Origin: an uncultured Gemmatimonadaceae bacterium | GTDB lineage: Bacteria > Gemmatimonadota > Gemmatimonadetes > Gemmatimonadales > Gemmatimonadaceae | Length of the DNA stretch: 64,000 nt | Assembly: GCA_963822945.1 (NCBI GenBank) | Contig: CAWGJO010000014.1 | Location: 14,456-78,455 of the forward strand | Direction: 5' to 3' | Part shown: piece after piece, positions 54,987-64,000 of the stretch | How positions within the stretch are numbered: the stretch's first letter is position 1 | Layout of the letters: every line of letters begins with the position of its first letter | Program-made: the position numbers and the translations under genes | Notes under the pieces: model-generated | The model's database searches: none | What the model saw: the letters and a program-made list of their open reading frames with translations, nothing else | What the model was told of the DNA's origin: nothing

Positions 54987-56774
54987 TCAGGGCCGCTCGC
55001 CGAGCGCGTGGACCGCGAACCACACGCACCAGGCCACGAGCCCCGACAGCGACGCATCCCCGCCGTTCCCCGTCGCCCGGCCGTCGGCATCCACGAACTC
55101 GGCCGCCAGCCCGCCGTCCAGCGCCGCCCGGCGAAACCAGTTGAGCGCCGACGCCGACTTCGGCCCGATGAGTTGGGCGCAATGCTGCACGAGGTCGGCG
55201 TCCGGCTCCCCGATGGCTTTTGCCGTGCGCCGGTAGTTCGTGTCGTGCCGCTCCATGGTCTCGTAGAGCGGCAGCCAGAGCGCCGAGCCGGCTGGATCGT
55301 CGTCCAGCGACACGCCGCCGCGCAGATCGATGCTCGACGCGAACCGCTGCACACCCTCACTCGGCGTGAGAAAGTGGCGCAGCAGCGCGGCGCGCACCCC
55401 TTCGGGATCCTGAACGTCGCGCGCCGCCTCCTCGTCGAGCGTGCGTCGCAGCACGTCGAGGGCCTGCGCCACCACCGCGTTGCCGTGCAGCGGGAATGGG
55501 TACGGGAGCGGCGCGCCCGACGGGCCCACCTCCCCGCTGTACAGCGGCCGCTCGGAGTCCCTGCGCGCCGAGAGTTCGTCGTGGGCGGCATAGAGCGTAT
55601 CGGCCAGCACCGGCTCCTCCACGATCCGGTCGTCGCCGGTCTCGCGAATGTAGCGCTCCACCGCCACCGGATATGCCGCCGCGCCCTCGAGCGAGAAGCC
55701 CGCTTCGAACAGCGTCCCGTCCAGATAGTCCACACCGCGCCCCGGCGCGTAGCCGTGCAGTTCGCAGGCGCGCAGAATCAACTCGCGCGCCAGCGGCGGG
55801 TCGGCCAGTTGCACCGCCGGTACCGTCCACAGCAGCGCCTGCCAGTCACGCACCGTCACGCCGGCGCCGTGCCACGGGGCACGCGTGCGCATCAGGTAGT
55901 AGTGCGCGTCGTCCAGCGCCCGCCCCACCCCATAGAAGTAGGCGAACAGCAGGTGGCGGTTGATCACGCCGTCCATGGCCGCCGACCCGGTGGTCTGCTC
56001 CAACGACTGGATGGCGTCTCGCGTGCCGGCGAGCAGGTCGCGCCATCCCCGGCGGCGCAGCACCCCCACCGAAGCCTGCGCGCCGTCGCGCTCCGGACCG
56101 GCCGCCAGATAGAACGCCACCTGTTCGCGCGCGCCGGCGCCGAGGCTCACCTCGCGCGCCATGGAGAATCGCGGAGCCGGACCGTCCTCCACGGTAATCG
56201 ACGCCTCGCCGTCGGCCCCCAGCGCGAGCGCCACCAGCCCGGGCTCGGCGGCCCCGCCCAGCAGGACGACGTCGCCCGACCGGGCCACCCGGTGCGCATC
56301 CGCAAAGGGACGGGCCGAGCGTACGCGCAACTGCCGGTGTCCGAGCGTCCCCTCGACGCCGACGCGGACCGTGCACGGCGCGTCGCCGCGGCTCTCCACC
56401 GACAGGGCATACACGGCGCCGGCCACGTCGGCGTCGCGCCCGAAGGGGGCGAACACCGTGCCGCGCACGAGCACCGAGCCGAGCTGGCAGGTGAACGTGG
56501 GCAGCCAGCCCAACGCGCGCTCCCAGACCATGGGACCGTCCGACAGTTCGCGCGCATTGCCGTCGATGCTGACGGTCGGCCGCAGCAACGGCGGGCCCTC
56601 ACCGTCGACGAATTCGGGCGCGCCCGCGAATTCGATGGCCGATCGCGTCCCCCGGTGGATCATGCCGACTGCATGCACGGCGCCGCTGGCCGGATGCACG
56701 CACGGCAGGGCCAGCCAATGATTCCCGGTCATCTGCCAGGGGACGCGCGGGATGGGGAGCGAAGACAGGGGCAC
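54987..56774 (-). CDS. Divergent GH125-like six-hairpin glycosidase
   Basis: VRDWQALLW, GFSLEG, LDDDPAGSALWLPLY and GGLAAEFVD resemble, in order, GH125 motifs as I recall them (WLRDS, YELDS, DDANVPSLL, GFMHESF). No signal peptide. GTG 56774 or ATG near 56732. Confidence 0.6.
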   Translation of the reverse strand: MPLSSLPIPRVPWQMTGNHWLALPCVHPASGAVHAVGMIHRGTRSAIEFAGAPEFVDGEGPPLLRPTVSIDGNARELSDGPMVWERALGWLPTFTCQLGSVLVRGTVFAPFGRDADVAGAVYALSVESRGDAPCTVRVGVEGTLGHRQLRVRSARPFADAHRVARSGDVVLLGGAAEPGLVALALGADGEASITVEDGPAPRFSMAREVSLGAGAREQVAFYLAAGPERDGAQASVGVLRRRGWRDLLAGTRDAIQSLEQTTGSAAMDGVINRHLLFAYFYGVGRALDDAHYYLMRTRAPWHGAGVTVRDWQALLWTVPAVQLADPPLARELILRACELHGYAPGRGVDYLDGTLFEAGFSLEGAAAYPVAVERYIRETGDDRIVEEPVLADTLYAAHDELSARRDSERPLYSGEVGPSGAPLPYPFPLHGNAVVAQALDVLRRTLDEEAARDVQDPEGVRAALLRHFLTPSEGVQRFASSIDLRGGVSLDDDPAGSALWLPLYETMERHDTNYRRTAKAIGEPDADLVQHCAQLIGPKSASALNWFRRAALDGGLAAEFVDADGRATGNGGDASLSGLVAWCVWFAVHALGERP

Positions 56775-56790
56775 GGGGTAGAGGTTAACT

Positions 56791-56820
56791 TTGACGGGCT
56801 TCCGGCTAGCATAATACACT
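56791..56820 (+). promoter_or_regulatory. Candidate sigma70 promoter of the exported hypothetical protein
   Basis: TTGACG-N18-TACACT in an AT-rich intergenic patch. Confidence 0.55.
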
Positions 56821-56852
56821 CGCGCCTTCACCCCAGCGACTCGCGATCCTGC

Positions 56853-58529
56853 ATGATTCGTTCGCGCGCCATTCGTAGCCTCCTCGCGCTGCTCCTCGCC
56901 GGCCCTGCGTTGGCGCTCTTCGCGCGCTCCGCCGGGGCCCAGAGTGGTCTCAGCCACCTGGACGACGCGACCATGGTACCCAAGGGCGAGTTCCGGTTGC
57001 AGACGATTGCGGCCTGGAGCCGCTTCAACGCCCGCTTCGCACCAGCCGGGTCGGGCAGTCCGACCATTCCCCTCGGCGCGGACTTCAGCTTCGACTCGCT
57101 CGGCGTCGGGCAGCTGCCGGCGCTCTCCGGCACGCAGAACGGCATTCAGACGCTCACCGGTTCACCCTTCCGGCTCTCCCTCGGCGCCATGCAGTCGGCC
57201 ATCGACGCGCGGGTGGTGGTGATGCCGATCAGTCTCGAGTACGGACTCTTCCACCGGCTCACCCTCGGGGCCATGCTCCCCATGGTGCGCACCCGCATGA
57301 GCATCATGTTGCGGGCCAACCCGCTCGGCACCGAGGGGAACGTCGGGGTCAATCCGGCGTCGGTGAACGCCGCATCGCTGGCCGCCGACAGTTCCGTGGT
57401 CGCCCAGATGACCCAGGCGGCTGCCGCGCTGCAGTCCACGCTCCAGGGGTGCCAGGCCGACTCCACCTCCAATCCCAACTGCGGCCAGATCCTGGCGCGC
57501 CAGACCGACGTCACCGCGCTGCTGCAGAACTCGGCGCAATTCACGACGACCTTCTCGGCCGTGTACGGCGCGAGTTCGCAGGATCGGGGTGGGCCGCTGG
57601 TTCCGGTTGCGGGGAGCGCCGCCGACGCCCTGATCCAGGCGCGCGTCGCCGCGTACGACTCGTCGTTCCAGGCATTCCTCAGCACCGCGCCGCGCGTCAC
57701 GGCGGTGCCTGCGGCCGCAGGGGGCGTGGTGGGCACCGGCGATCTGGCGAACCTGCTCCACAACCCCGCCATCGCCGGCTTCGATTCGCTGAGCAGCACC
57801 GTCCGCATCGGACCAGGCGATCTCGAACTCAGCGCGCGCTATCTCCTGTTCGACGGCTTCTCCGACTCCACCATCGGCGCCCACCCGGCCGGCCTTCACG
57901 GGCGTGCGACGCTCACCGGTGTGCTCCGGCTCCCCACCGGCCAGCTCGCGACGGCGAGCAACCCCCTCGACGTCGCCACCGGCCACGGAGCCACGGCGGC
58001 CGGCGCCCGCCTCGCGTTCTATTCGCAGTGGGGCACGCGCCTCGGCCTGTCGGCCGCCGGTTCCTACATGCAGTCGTTCGGCAAGACCAAGTCGGGCGCC
58101 TACCCGAGCGCATACGGGGCGCCCTTTCCGCCGTCCACCGCCGACGTGTATCCGTACACGCCGGGAGCCGTGGCCGCGTTCGAGGTCGCGCCGCGGTTCA
58201 TGATCACACGCCTGCTGGGCCTGAACGCGATGTACGACTTCCGGCACGTGGCCGCGAACGACTACGGCAGCCTGACCAGCGCGTCCGGGGGACTCCCCGT
58301 CACACCGATGGCCATGCTCGACGGTGTCGCCACCGCGCCCGGCACCCTGCAGTCGGCCGGATTCGGCATCACCTTCTCCACGGTCACCGAATACGAGCGC
58401 GGACGCGCGGTGATTCCCATCGACGTGACGTTCACGCACCTCGAGGCACTGAGCGGCGCCGCGCGGATGCCCAAGGCGTTTCGCGATCAGATCCAGTTCC
58501 GGTTCTACTACCGCCGCCACCGGAACTGA
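56853..58529 (+). CDS. Exported hypothetical protein, probable outer-membrane barrel with helical insertion (558 aa)
   Basis: Signal peptide MIRSRAIRSLLALLLAG...AGAQ; this is the real 3' part of the 1173-aa track ORF; ends IQFRFYYRRHRN. Confidence 0.75.
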   Translation: MIRSRAIRSLLALLLAGPALALFARSAGAQSGLSHLDDATMVPKGEFRLQTIAAWSRFNARFAPAGSGSPTIPLGADFSFDSLGVGQLPALSGTQNGIQTLTGSPFRLSLGAMQSAIDARVVVMPISLEYGLFHRLTLGAMLPMVRTRMSIMLRANPLGTEGNVGVNPASVNAASLAADSSVVAQMTQAAAALQSTLQGCQADSTSNPNCGQILARQTDVTALLQNSAQFTTTFSAVYGASSQDRGGPLVPVAGSAADALIQARVAAYDSSFQAFLSTAPRVTAVPAAAGGVVGTGDLANLLHNPAIAGFDSLSSTVRIGPGDLELSARYLLFDGFSDSTIGAHPAGLHGRATLTGVLRLPTGQLATASNPLDVATGHGATAAGARLAFYSQWGTRLGLSAAGSYMQSFGKTKSGAYPSAYGAPFPPSTADVYPYTPGAVAAFEVAPRFMITRLLGLNAMYDFRHVAANDYGSLTSASGGLPVTPMAMLDGVATAPGTLQSAGFGITFSTVTEYERGRAVIPIDVTFTHLEALSGAARMPKAFRDQIQFRFYYRRHRN

Positions 58530-58534
58530 CCGCG

Positions 58535-60244
58535 TCACGATCTCCGGCGCGTACGGGCTGACCGGGCCCGGGACGGCGCCGAGGCCGACGCCGTGTCCAG
58601 AAGCTCGGCGGCGTGCGCGCGGCTGAGCGCGCTCTCGGGATCTCCGCCGAGCATGCGCGCGATCTCGGTCACGCGATCGTCGCCGTCCACCACCGCCACC
58701 CCCGCCGTGGTCACACCGCCCGAGGCGTCCTTGCTGACCCGGATGTGGTGGTGCGCGCGGGCTGCGATCTGCGGCAGGTGCGTGATGGCGAATACCTGAT
58801 GGCTCGCCGCCACCCGCCGCATCGTGTCGCCCACCTGCAGTCCGACCTTCCCGCCAATGCCGGCGTCCACTTCGTCGAACACGAGCGTGGGCACATGGTC
58901 CAGCCGAGCGAGAATGGTCTTGAGCGCCAGCATCACGCGGCTCAGCTCGCCGCCCGAGGCCACCCGGGCCAGCGGACGCGGCTCGTGCCCGACGTTGAGC
59001 GACACCCGGAACTCCACGTCCTCGGCCCCCTCGGCCCCGATGGCGGCACGCGGCACGAGCACCACCTCGAGGTGTCCATCCGGCATCCCGAGGTCGGGGA
59101 GCACCTCGTCCACTGCGCGCGCGAGTCGCGTGGCCCCCGAGGCCCGCTTGCGCGTGAGCGCCGCGGCCGCGCGCTCCAGGGCTTCCGCGGCTGCGTGCTC
59201 GCGGTCTCGCAACGTGCGCAGGTCGAGACCCGACGAATCGATGAGGTCCAGTTCGCGGCGCGCCTCCCGGCCCTGGTGCATGACGTCGGCGAGCGTGGGC
59301 CCGTATTTCTTGGTGAGCCGGTAGAGCACGTCGCGGCGGCCGCGCACCTGCTCCAGCCGACGCGGATCGAGATCGACGTCCTGCTGGTAGCTCTCCAGCT
59401 CGCGCGCCACCGCGTCGAGGGCGTAGTACGCGGTGTCGTACGATTCCTGGAGCCGCTCCAGACCGGGGTCGAGCCGCTGCAGTTGGTGCAACGTCCGCTC
59501 GAGCGCCGCGAGCAGCGCGAGGATTCCCTGTTCGTCGGCCGTCAGCCCCTCCTGCGCGGTGGCGGCCAGCCCGCGCAGTTCATCGGCGTTCTCCAGCCGG
59601 TTGGCCTCCTCCTCCAGCCGGGTGTCCTCGCCGTCCACCAGCTTGGCCTCTTCGATCTCCCGGGCCACGTGCCGTAGATAGTCCGAGCGCCGCTGCGCCG
59701 CCTGGGCGCGCTGTTCAAGATCGGCGATCTCGCGACGGATCTCGCTCAGCGTGCTGAATGCTTCGCGCACCGCGGTACCTTCGGCGCCGGCGTCGCCGAA
59801 CGCGTCGAGGATGGCCCGCTGCGACTCGCCATCCAGCAGCGACTGGGCCTCGTGCTGCCCGTGCAGATTCACCAGTTGCCGCCCGATCTCGGCCAGGAGC
59901 GTGGCGGTCACCGTGGAGCCGTTCACCCAGGCCCGCGCGCGCCCCGGCGCCACCTCGCGCTTCAGCACCACGAGGCCGTCGTCCACCTCCACCCCGTGCG
60001 CGTCGAGCAGGGCCAGCAGCTCCGGACGGTCGCCGGCCTCGAACACCCCCTCCACCACCGCCTTGCTGGTGCCGGTGCGGATCAGGTCGGTGCTGGCCCG
60101 CTCGCCGAGCAGAAGTCCCAGCGCGCCGACGATGATCGACTTGCCCGCGCCCGTTTCCCCCGACAACACGTTGAACCCCGGGGCCAGGGGCAGCGTGAGC
60201 GATTCGATGATGGCGAAGTTGCGGATGCGCAGTTCGATCAGCAT
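58535..60244 (-). CDS. recN: DNA repair protein RecN
   Basis: MLIELRIRNFAII, SGETGAGKS, HGQH, ASGGELSRVML, FDEVDAGIGG, ITHLPQIAA. Confidence 0.96.
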   Translation of the reverse strand: MLIELRIRNFAIIESLTLPLAPGFNVLSGETGAGKSIIVGALGLLLGERASTDLIRTGTSKAVVEGVFEAGDRPELLALLDAHGVEVDDGLVVLKREVAPGRARAWVNGSTVTATLLAEIGRQLVNLHGQHEAQSLLDGESQRAILDAFGDAGAEGTAVREAFSTLSEIRREIADLEQRAQAAQRRSDYLRHVAREIEEAKLVDGEDTRLEEEANRLENADELRGLAATAQEGLTADEQGILALLAALERTLHQLQRLDPGLERLQESYDTAYYALDAVARELESYQQDVDLDPRRLEQVRGRRDVLYRLTKKYGPTLADVMHQGREARRELDLIDSSGLDLRTLRDREHAAAEALERAAAALTRKRASGATRLARAVDEVLPDLGMPDGHLEVVLVPRAAIGAEGAEDVEFRVSLNVGHEPRPLARVASGGELSRVMLALKTILARLDHVPTLVFDEVDAGIGGKVGLQVGDTMRRVAASHQVFAITHLPQIAARAHHHIRVSKDASGGVTTAGVAVVDGDDRVTEIARMLGGDPESALSRAHAAELLDTASASAPSRARSARTRRRS

Positions 60245-61120
60245 GCCGGCGAATGGTCTCGCTTCGGAAGCCCCCCCACCCCAGCTTCTGCCGCAGCGTG
60301 GCGAAGAAGCTGCTGCCGGGGAATCGCACGACCCCAATGCCGTGCGCGGCGCGACGCACGCGAAGCGTCTCACCCGTGGCGAACGTGGTACCGGGCTGGC
60401 CGTCCACCGTCACCAGAAGTTCTTCGGGGCCATCTTCCGACTGCACGGTGACCACGGAATCCGCGGGCAGCACCACCGGCCGGATGGCCAGCGCGTGCGC
60501 CGACACCGGCGTGACTAGCATCGTTTCGAGCGTCGGGAACAGGATCGGGCCGCCGGCGGAGAGCGAGTAGGCCGTGGAACCGGTCGGCGTGCAGACCACG
60601 ACGCCGTCGGCGGCGTAGCTTGCCACCGTCTCGTCGTTGGCCGACACGCGCAGCGTGACCACGCGCGCGAAACCGCCCTTGTGCAGCACCACGTCGTTGA
60701 GCGCGAACCAGTCCTGCCGCTCGCGCGCCCGACGTGTCGAGTACGGTGGCATGCAGGGCGATGCGCGGTCTCGACGGTGTACTCGCCGCGCGCGAACCGT
60801 GTGAGCGCCGACTCGAACTGGTCGACCGGCGTGCCGGTGAGGAAGCCGAGGCGGCCCAGATTGACGCCGAGAATCGGTACCTGGTTGGCCTGCAGGAGCC
60901 GGGCGCCGCGCAGCAGCGTGCCGTCGCCACCCAGGGTGAGGAGCGCATCGAGCGCCGCCGGGTGCTCGAGCAGCGCGCCCGGCGCCCCCTCCTCGAGCAG
61001 GTCCTGCTCCACGAACAGCTCGATGCCCAGGCGCGGCGCGATCTGGCCAAGCGAGCGCAACACTCCCCCGAGCCCGGCATCGACATACCCGCGATGCCCG
61101 ATCACGCCGAGGCGAATCAC
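60238..61120 (-). CDS. nadK: NAD kinase (about three frameshifts near 60765, 60725, 60275)
   Basis: LGGDGTLL, GVNLGRLGFL, ALNDVV, DGVVVCTPTGSTAYSLSAGGP, VDGQ. Adding one G to the final G-run gives WGGLPKRDHSPAC*, overlapping the recN start. Confidence 0.92.
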
Positions 61121-63015
61121 CCGGCCATCGCCTCGCTCTCGTGCAGCGCCCGCACGCGGTCGGCGATGCCCTCGGGCGTGAGTCCGCACGCTTCCAGTTG
61201 ACGTGCCCGCGGCGCCGCATACACGATGCGGTCGGGCACGCCGAGTGTCGCGACACGCACGGCGGGGTCGTGCCGCTCGATGATCGCCGTCATGTAGGCA
61301 CCGAACCCGTTGACCACGGTGCCTTCCTCGACGGTGAGCACGTGCTTGTGCTCGGCCAGCACGGCGGCCAGCGTCACGGCGTCGTACGGCTTGAGAAAGC
61401 GGCAGTTCACCACCGTGACGTTCAGTCCTTCGGCGGCCAGTGCGTCGGCCGCGGCCAGCGATGGACCGACCATGGTACCGACGGCGAAGATCGCTACTTC
61501 GGCGCCGTGCCGCAGCACCTCCCACGTCGCGAACGGCACGGGCTCGATGCCCGCGATGTCGGGGGTGTCATCGGGCACGGCGGCGCGCGGATAGCGCAGA
61601 CAGAACGGCCCCTCGTCGTGGCGCAGCCCGGTGCGGAGCAGCGCCAACATCTCGGTGCCGTCCTTCGGCGCCGTGACCGTCATGTTCGGCACCGCCAGCA
61701 TGTAGGCGATGTCGTAGAGGCCCATGTGGGTCTCGCCGTCCTCACCCACGAGCCCCGCGCGATCCATGCAGAACATCACCGGCAGCGACTGGATGGCCAC
61801 GTCGTGGATGATGTTGTCGAAGCCGCGCTGCAGGAACGTCGAGTAGATGGCGACGACGGGGCGCAGCCCGCGCGTGGCCAGGCCGGCCGCGAAGGTGACC
61901 GCGTGTCCCTCGGCGATGCCGACGTCGAAGAACCGATCGGGCAGCGCCTTGGCCACGAACGCGGTGCCGGTGCCGCTGGGCATGGCCGCGGTGATGGTGA
62001 CCACGCGCGGGTCTTCGGTGGCCAGCTTGAGCAGCCCCTTCCCGAAGACGGCCGTGTAGGCCGGGTTGCTGGTGGACACCTTGAGCGGCTTTCCGGTGGC
62101 CGGGTCGTGGCCCGGCGGCAGCGCGTGCCACTTCTCGCCCGTGGAGTGCTCTCCGGCCGGGTAGCCCTTGCCCTTCTGCGTGACCACATGGACGAACCGC
62201 GGACCCGACATCTTCCGAACGGCAGTGAACGTGTCGAGCATGGCCGGAATGTCGTGGCCGTTGATGGGGCCGAAGTAGCGGAAGCCGAGTTCCTCGAACA
62301 GCACACCCGGCGTGAGGAACGACTTGACGCTCTCCTCCCATTTCTTCACCCAGCCGCTCACTCCGGACAGCGGCCGTGGCGCCTTGTCCATGATGTCGCC
62401 CAGCGCCGAGCGGAGCCGGTTGTACAACGGGTTCCGCTGCACCGAATTGAGATACTTGGACATGGCGCCGACGTTGGGCGCGATCGACATCTCGTTGTCG
62501 TTGAGCACGACGACGATGTCGCGGTCCGAATGGCCGGCGTTGTTCAGCCCCTCGTAGGCCAGCCCGCTGGTGAGCGCGCCGTCGCCGAGCACCGCCACCA
62601 CCTTGTACTGGTCGCCGCGAATGTCGCGGCCGGCCGCGATGCCCAGTGCCGCCGAGATGGCGGTGGCGGCATGGCCGGCGCCGAAGGCGTCGTAGTCGCT
62701 CTCGCCCCGTTTCAGGAAGCCGGAGACGCCTCCCTCCTTCCGAAGGGTCTCCATCCGATCGTTGCGGCCCGTGAGCAGCTTGTGTGGATAGCCCTGATGG
62801 CCCACGTCCCAGACCAACTGGTCGCTGGGCGTGTCGAACACCGTGTGGAGCGCGATCGTCAGTTCCACCACGCCGAGCCCGGCGCCGATGTGGCCGCCGG
62901 TGCGCGAGCAGACGTCCACCAGCCGGGCCCGCATCTCGTCCGCAAGCGCGGGCAGTTCGCTGCGGGGGAGGGCGCGGACGTCGGCTGGGGAGTGGATGCG
63001 ATCGAGGAGGCTCAT
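61117..63015 (-). CDS. dxs: 1-deoxy-D-xylulose-5-phosphate synthase
   Basis: GGHIGAGLGVVELT, WDVGHQ, GDGALT..NDNEMSI, DVGIAEGHAVT, YSTFLQR, DRAG. Confidence 0.97.
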   Translation of the reverse strand: MSLLDRIHSPADVRALPRSELPALADEMRARLVDVCSRTGGHIGAGLGVVELTIALHTVFDTPSDQLVWDVGHQGYPHKLLTGRNDRMETLRKEGGVSGFLKRGESDYDAFGAGHAATAISAALGIAAGRDIRGDQYKVVAVLGDGALTSGLAYEGLNNAGHSDRDIVVVLNDNEMSIAPNVGAMSKYLNSVQRNPLYNRLRSALGDIMDKAPRPLSGVSGWVKKWEESVKSFLTPGVLFEELGFRYFGPINGHDIPAMLDTFTAVRKMSGPRFVHVVTQKGKGYPAGEHSTGEKWHALPPGHDPATGKPLKVSTSNPAYTAVFGKGLLKLATEDPRVVTITAAMPSGTGTAFVAKALPDRFFDVGIAEGHAVTFAAGLATRGLRPVVAIYSTFLQRGFDNIIHDVAIQSLPVMFCMDRAGLVGEDGETHMGLYDIAYMLAVPNMTVTAPKDGTEMLALLRTGLRHDEGPFCLRYPRAAVPDDTPDIAGIEPVPFATWEVLRHGAEVAIFAVGTMVGPSLAAADALAAEGLNVTVVNCRFLKPYDAVTLAAVLAEHKHVLTVEEGTVVNGFGAYMTAIIERHDPAVRVATLGVPDRIVYAAPRARQLEACGLTPEGIADRVRALHESEAMAG

Positions 63016-63052
63016 TGGGCTCTGTTTCCGATTCGGCTGTGGTACAAAGGTA

Positions 63053-63946
63053 CTACGATCGGCGCGTGATGATGAATCGTGCCAGCCGGTCCAGACCATG
63101 GGTCAACAGGCCGGCCCGGGCCAGCGCCGCGCACCCTTCGGCCACCAGCGCGTCCGCCCGGGCTACGGCGCCGGCGACCCCGAGCAACGCCGGATAGGTG
63201 CTCTTCCCGAAGGCCTGGTCCTTGCCGGCCGTCTTCCCGAGTTGGTCGGTGGTCGCGGTCACGTCCAGCACGTCGTCGGCGATCTGAAAGGCAAGCCCGG
63301 CGCTGGCGCCGAACTGCTCGAGTGCCGCCAGCCGGTCGGCCGGAGCACCGGCCGCCAGCCCACCCAGCGTCACGGCGGCCGCGATCAGCGCTCCGGTCTT
63401 GGCGCGGTGGATGCGCTCCAGATCGCCGAGGCTCAGCGACCGCCCCTCTCCCTCGAGATCGAGCAGCTGTCCGCCCACCATGCCGCCGGCGCCCGACGCC
63501 CGCATCAACTCCATGACGATCCGGCCGACGACGTCCGGGGCGAGGCCCATGGCGCGCGCCGCGTGCGCGGCCTCGCGCGCCGCCAGCGGGACCATGGCGA
63601 CGCCGGCCGCGGTGGCCGCCGCCACGCCGAACACGCGGTGCACCGTGGGCCGCCCCCGCCGCATGTCGTCGTCGTCCATGCACGGCAGGTCGTCGTGCAC
63701 CAGCGAATAGGCGTGCACCACCTCGATCGCGGCGGCGAGGGCGGCCCCATCGCCCTGCCCGCCCGCCGCGCGATAGGAGGCCAGGAACAGCACGCCGCGC
63801 AGCCGCTTGCCGCCGCCCTCGAGACTGTAGCGAATGGCCTCGCCCACCGGTCCGGGCAGGCGTGCTGCCTCGCGGGACACCAGATCGGCCAGCGCCGCAT
63901 CGACTGCCGCGCGATCCGCCGCGAACTCCTCGGTCCGTTCAGTCAC
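63053..63946 (-). CDS. ispA: Farnesyl/geranylgeranyl diphosphate synthase
   Basis: GGKRLRG, SLVHDDLPCMDDDDMRRG, GQ..D, KTG, FQIADDVLD. Confidence 0.93.
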   Translation of the reverse strand: MTERTEEFAADRAAVDAALADLVSREAARLPGPVGEAIRYSLEGGGKRLRGVLFLASYRAAGGQGDGAALAAAIEVVHAYSLVHDDLPCMDDDDMRRGRPTVHRVFGVAAATAAGVAMVPLAAREAAHAARAMGLAPDVVGRIVMELMRASGAGGMVGGQLLDLEGEGRSLSLGDLERIHRAKTGALIAAAVTLGGLAAGAPADRLAALEQFGASAGLAFQIADDVLDVTATTDQLGKTAGKDQAFGKSTYPALLGVAGAVARADALVAEGCAALARAGLLTHGLDRLARFIITRRS

Positions 63947-64000
63947 GCAGGTCGGTGACCTCGAACGTCCCATCCTCGCGCTCCACGAGCCGTTGCACCT
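63939..64000 (-). CDS. xseB: Probable exodeoxyribonuclease VII small subunit, C-terminal fragment
   Basis: Reads ..VQRLVEREDGTFEVTDLRD* overlapping the ispA start; call rests on the common xseB-ispA-dxs order. Confidence 0.6.
   Translation of the reverse strand, partial: VQRLVEREDGTFEVTDLRD

Noticed and set aside
55008..58529. 1173-aa plus-strand ORF
   Set aside because: The first 615 codons are the antisense shadow of the GH125-like gene; only 56853 onward has a signal peptide and protein-like composition.
61117..61120. No tlyA between dxs and nadK
   Set aside because: Ordinary variation of the xseB-ispA-dxs-nadK-recN cluster; the genes overlap cleanly with no remnant.

Overview
High-GC bacterial core-genome segment, most likely Gemmatimonadota (inferred from gene order and protein style, not from a database search). 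Almost all genes are on the minus strand. In window order: guaA (partial), a YfcE-type phosphoesterase, lysA, proS, hisS, folC, accD, rodA-mrdA-mreDCB, ald, M16 peptidase-pnp-rpsO, rseP-dxr-cdsA-uppS-frr-pyrH-tsf-rpsB-rpsI-rplM and an MFS carboxylate transporter. A plus-strand porin-pstSCAB1B2-phoU operon follows. Then, on minus: a biotin-dependent acyl-CoA carboxylase operon with an RNA methyltransferase inside it, rpsA-cmk-aroA, a dapD-dapA-dapB-lysC-asd-M20 cluster, a DUF481-like barrel, an exported M16 peptidase, tRNA-Leu(UAA), tRNA-Gly(GCC) and a GH125-like protein. That gene is divergent from an unknown exported protein (plus strand), followed by recN-nadK-dxs-ispA-xseB (partial). About 20 frameshifts break 10 genes, several essential, and cluster in patches; I read them as long-read consensus errors. 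I found no mobile elements, CRISPR arrays, rRNA or defence systems, and cannot claim a new multi-gene system. The strongest unexplained signals are: two matching Pho-box-like arrays with 11-bp period (one hidden inside an artefactual PstS-PstC 'fusion'); TANNNT -10 hexamers 5-8 nt before several start codons (leaderless mRNAs); a terminator between tRNA-Gly and the rare-codon tRNA-Leu(UAA); a palindrome filling the rpsO promoter spacer; and a PCC-alpha-like subunit apparently split around an m5U RNA methyltransferase gene.
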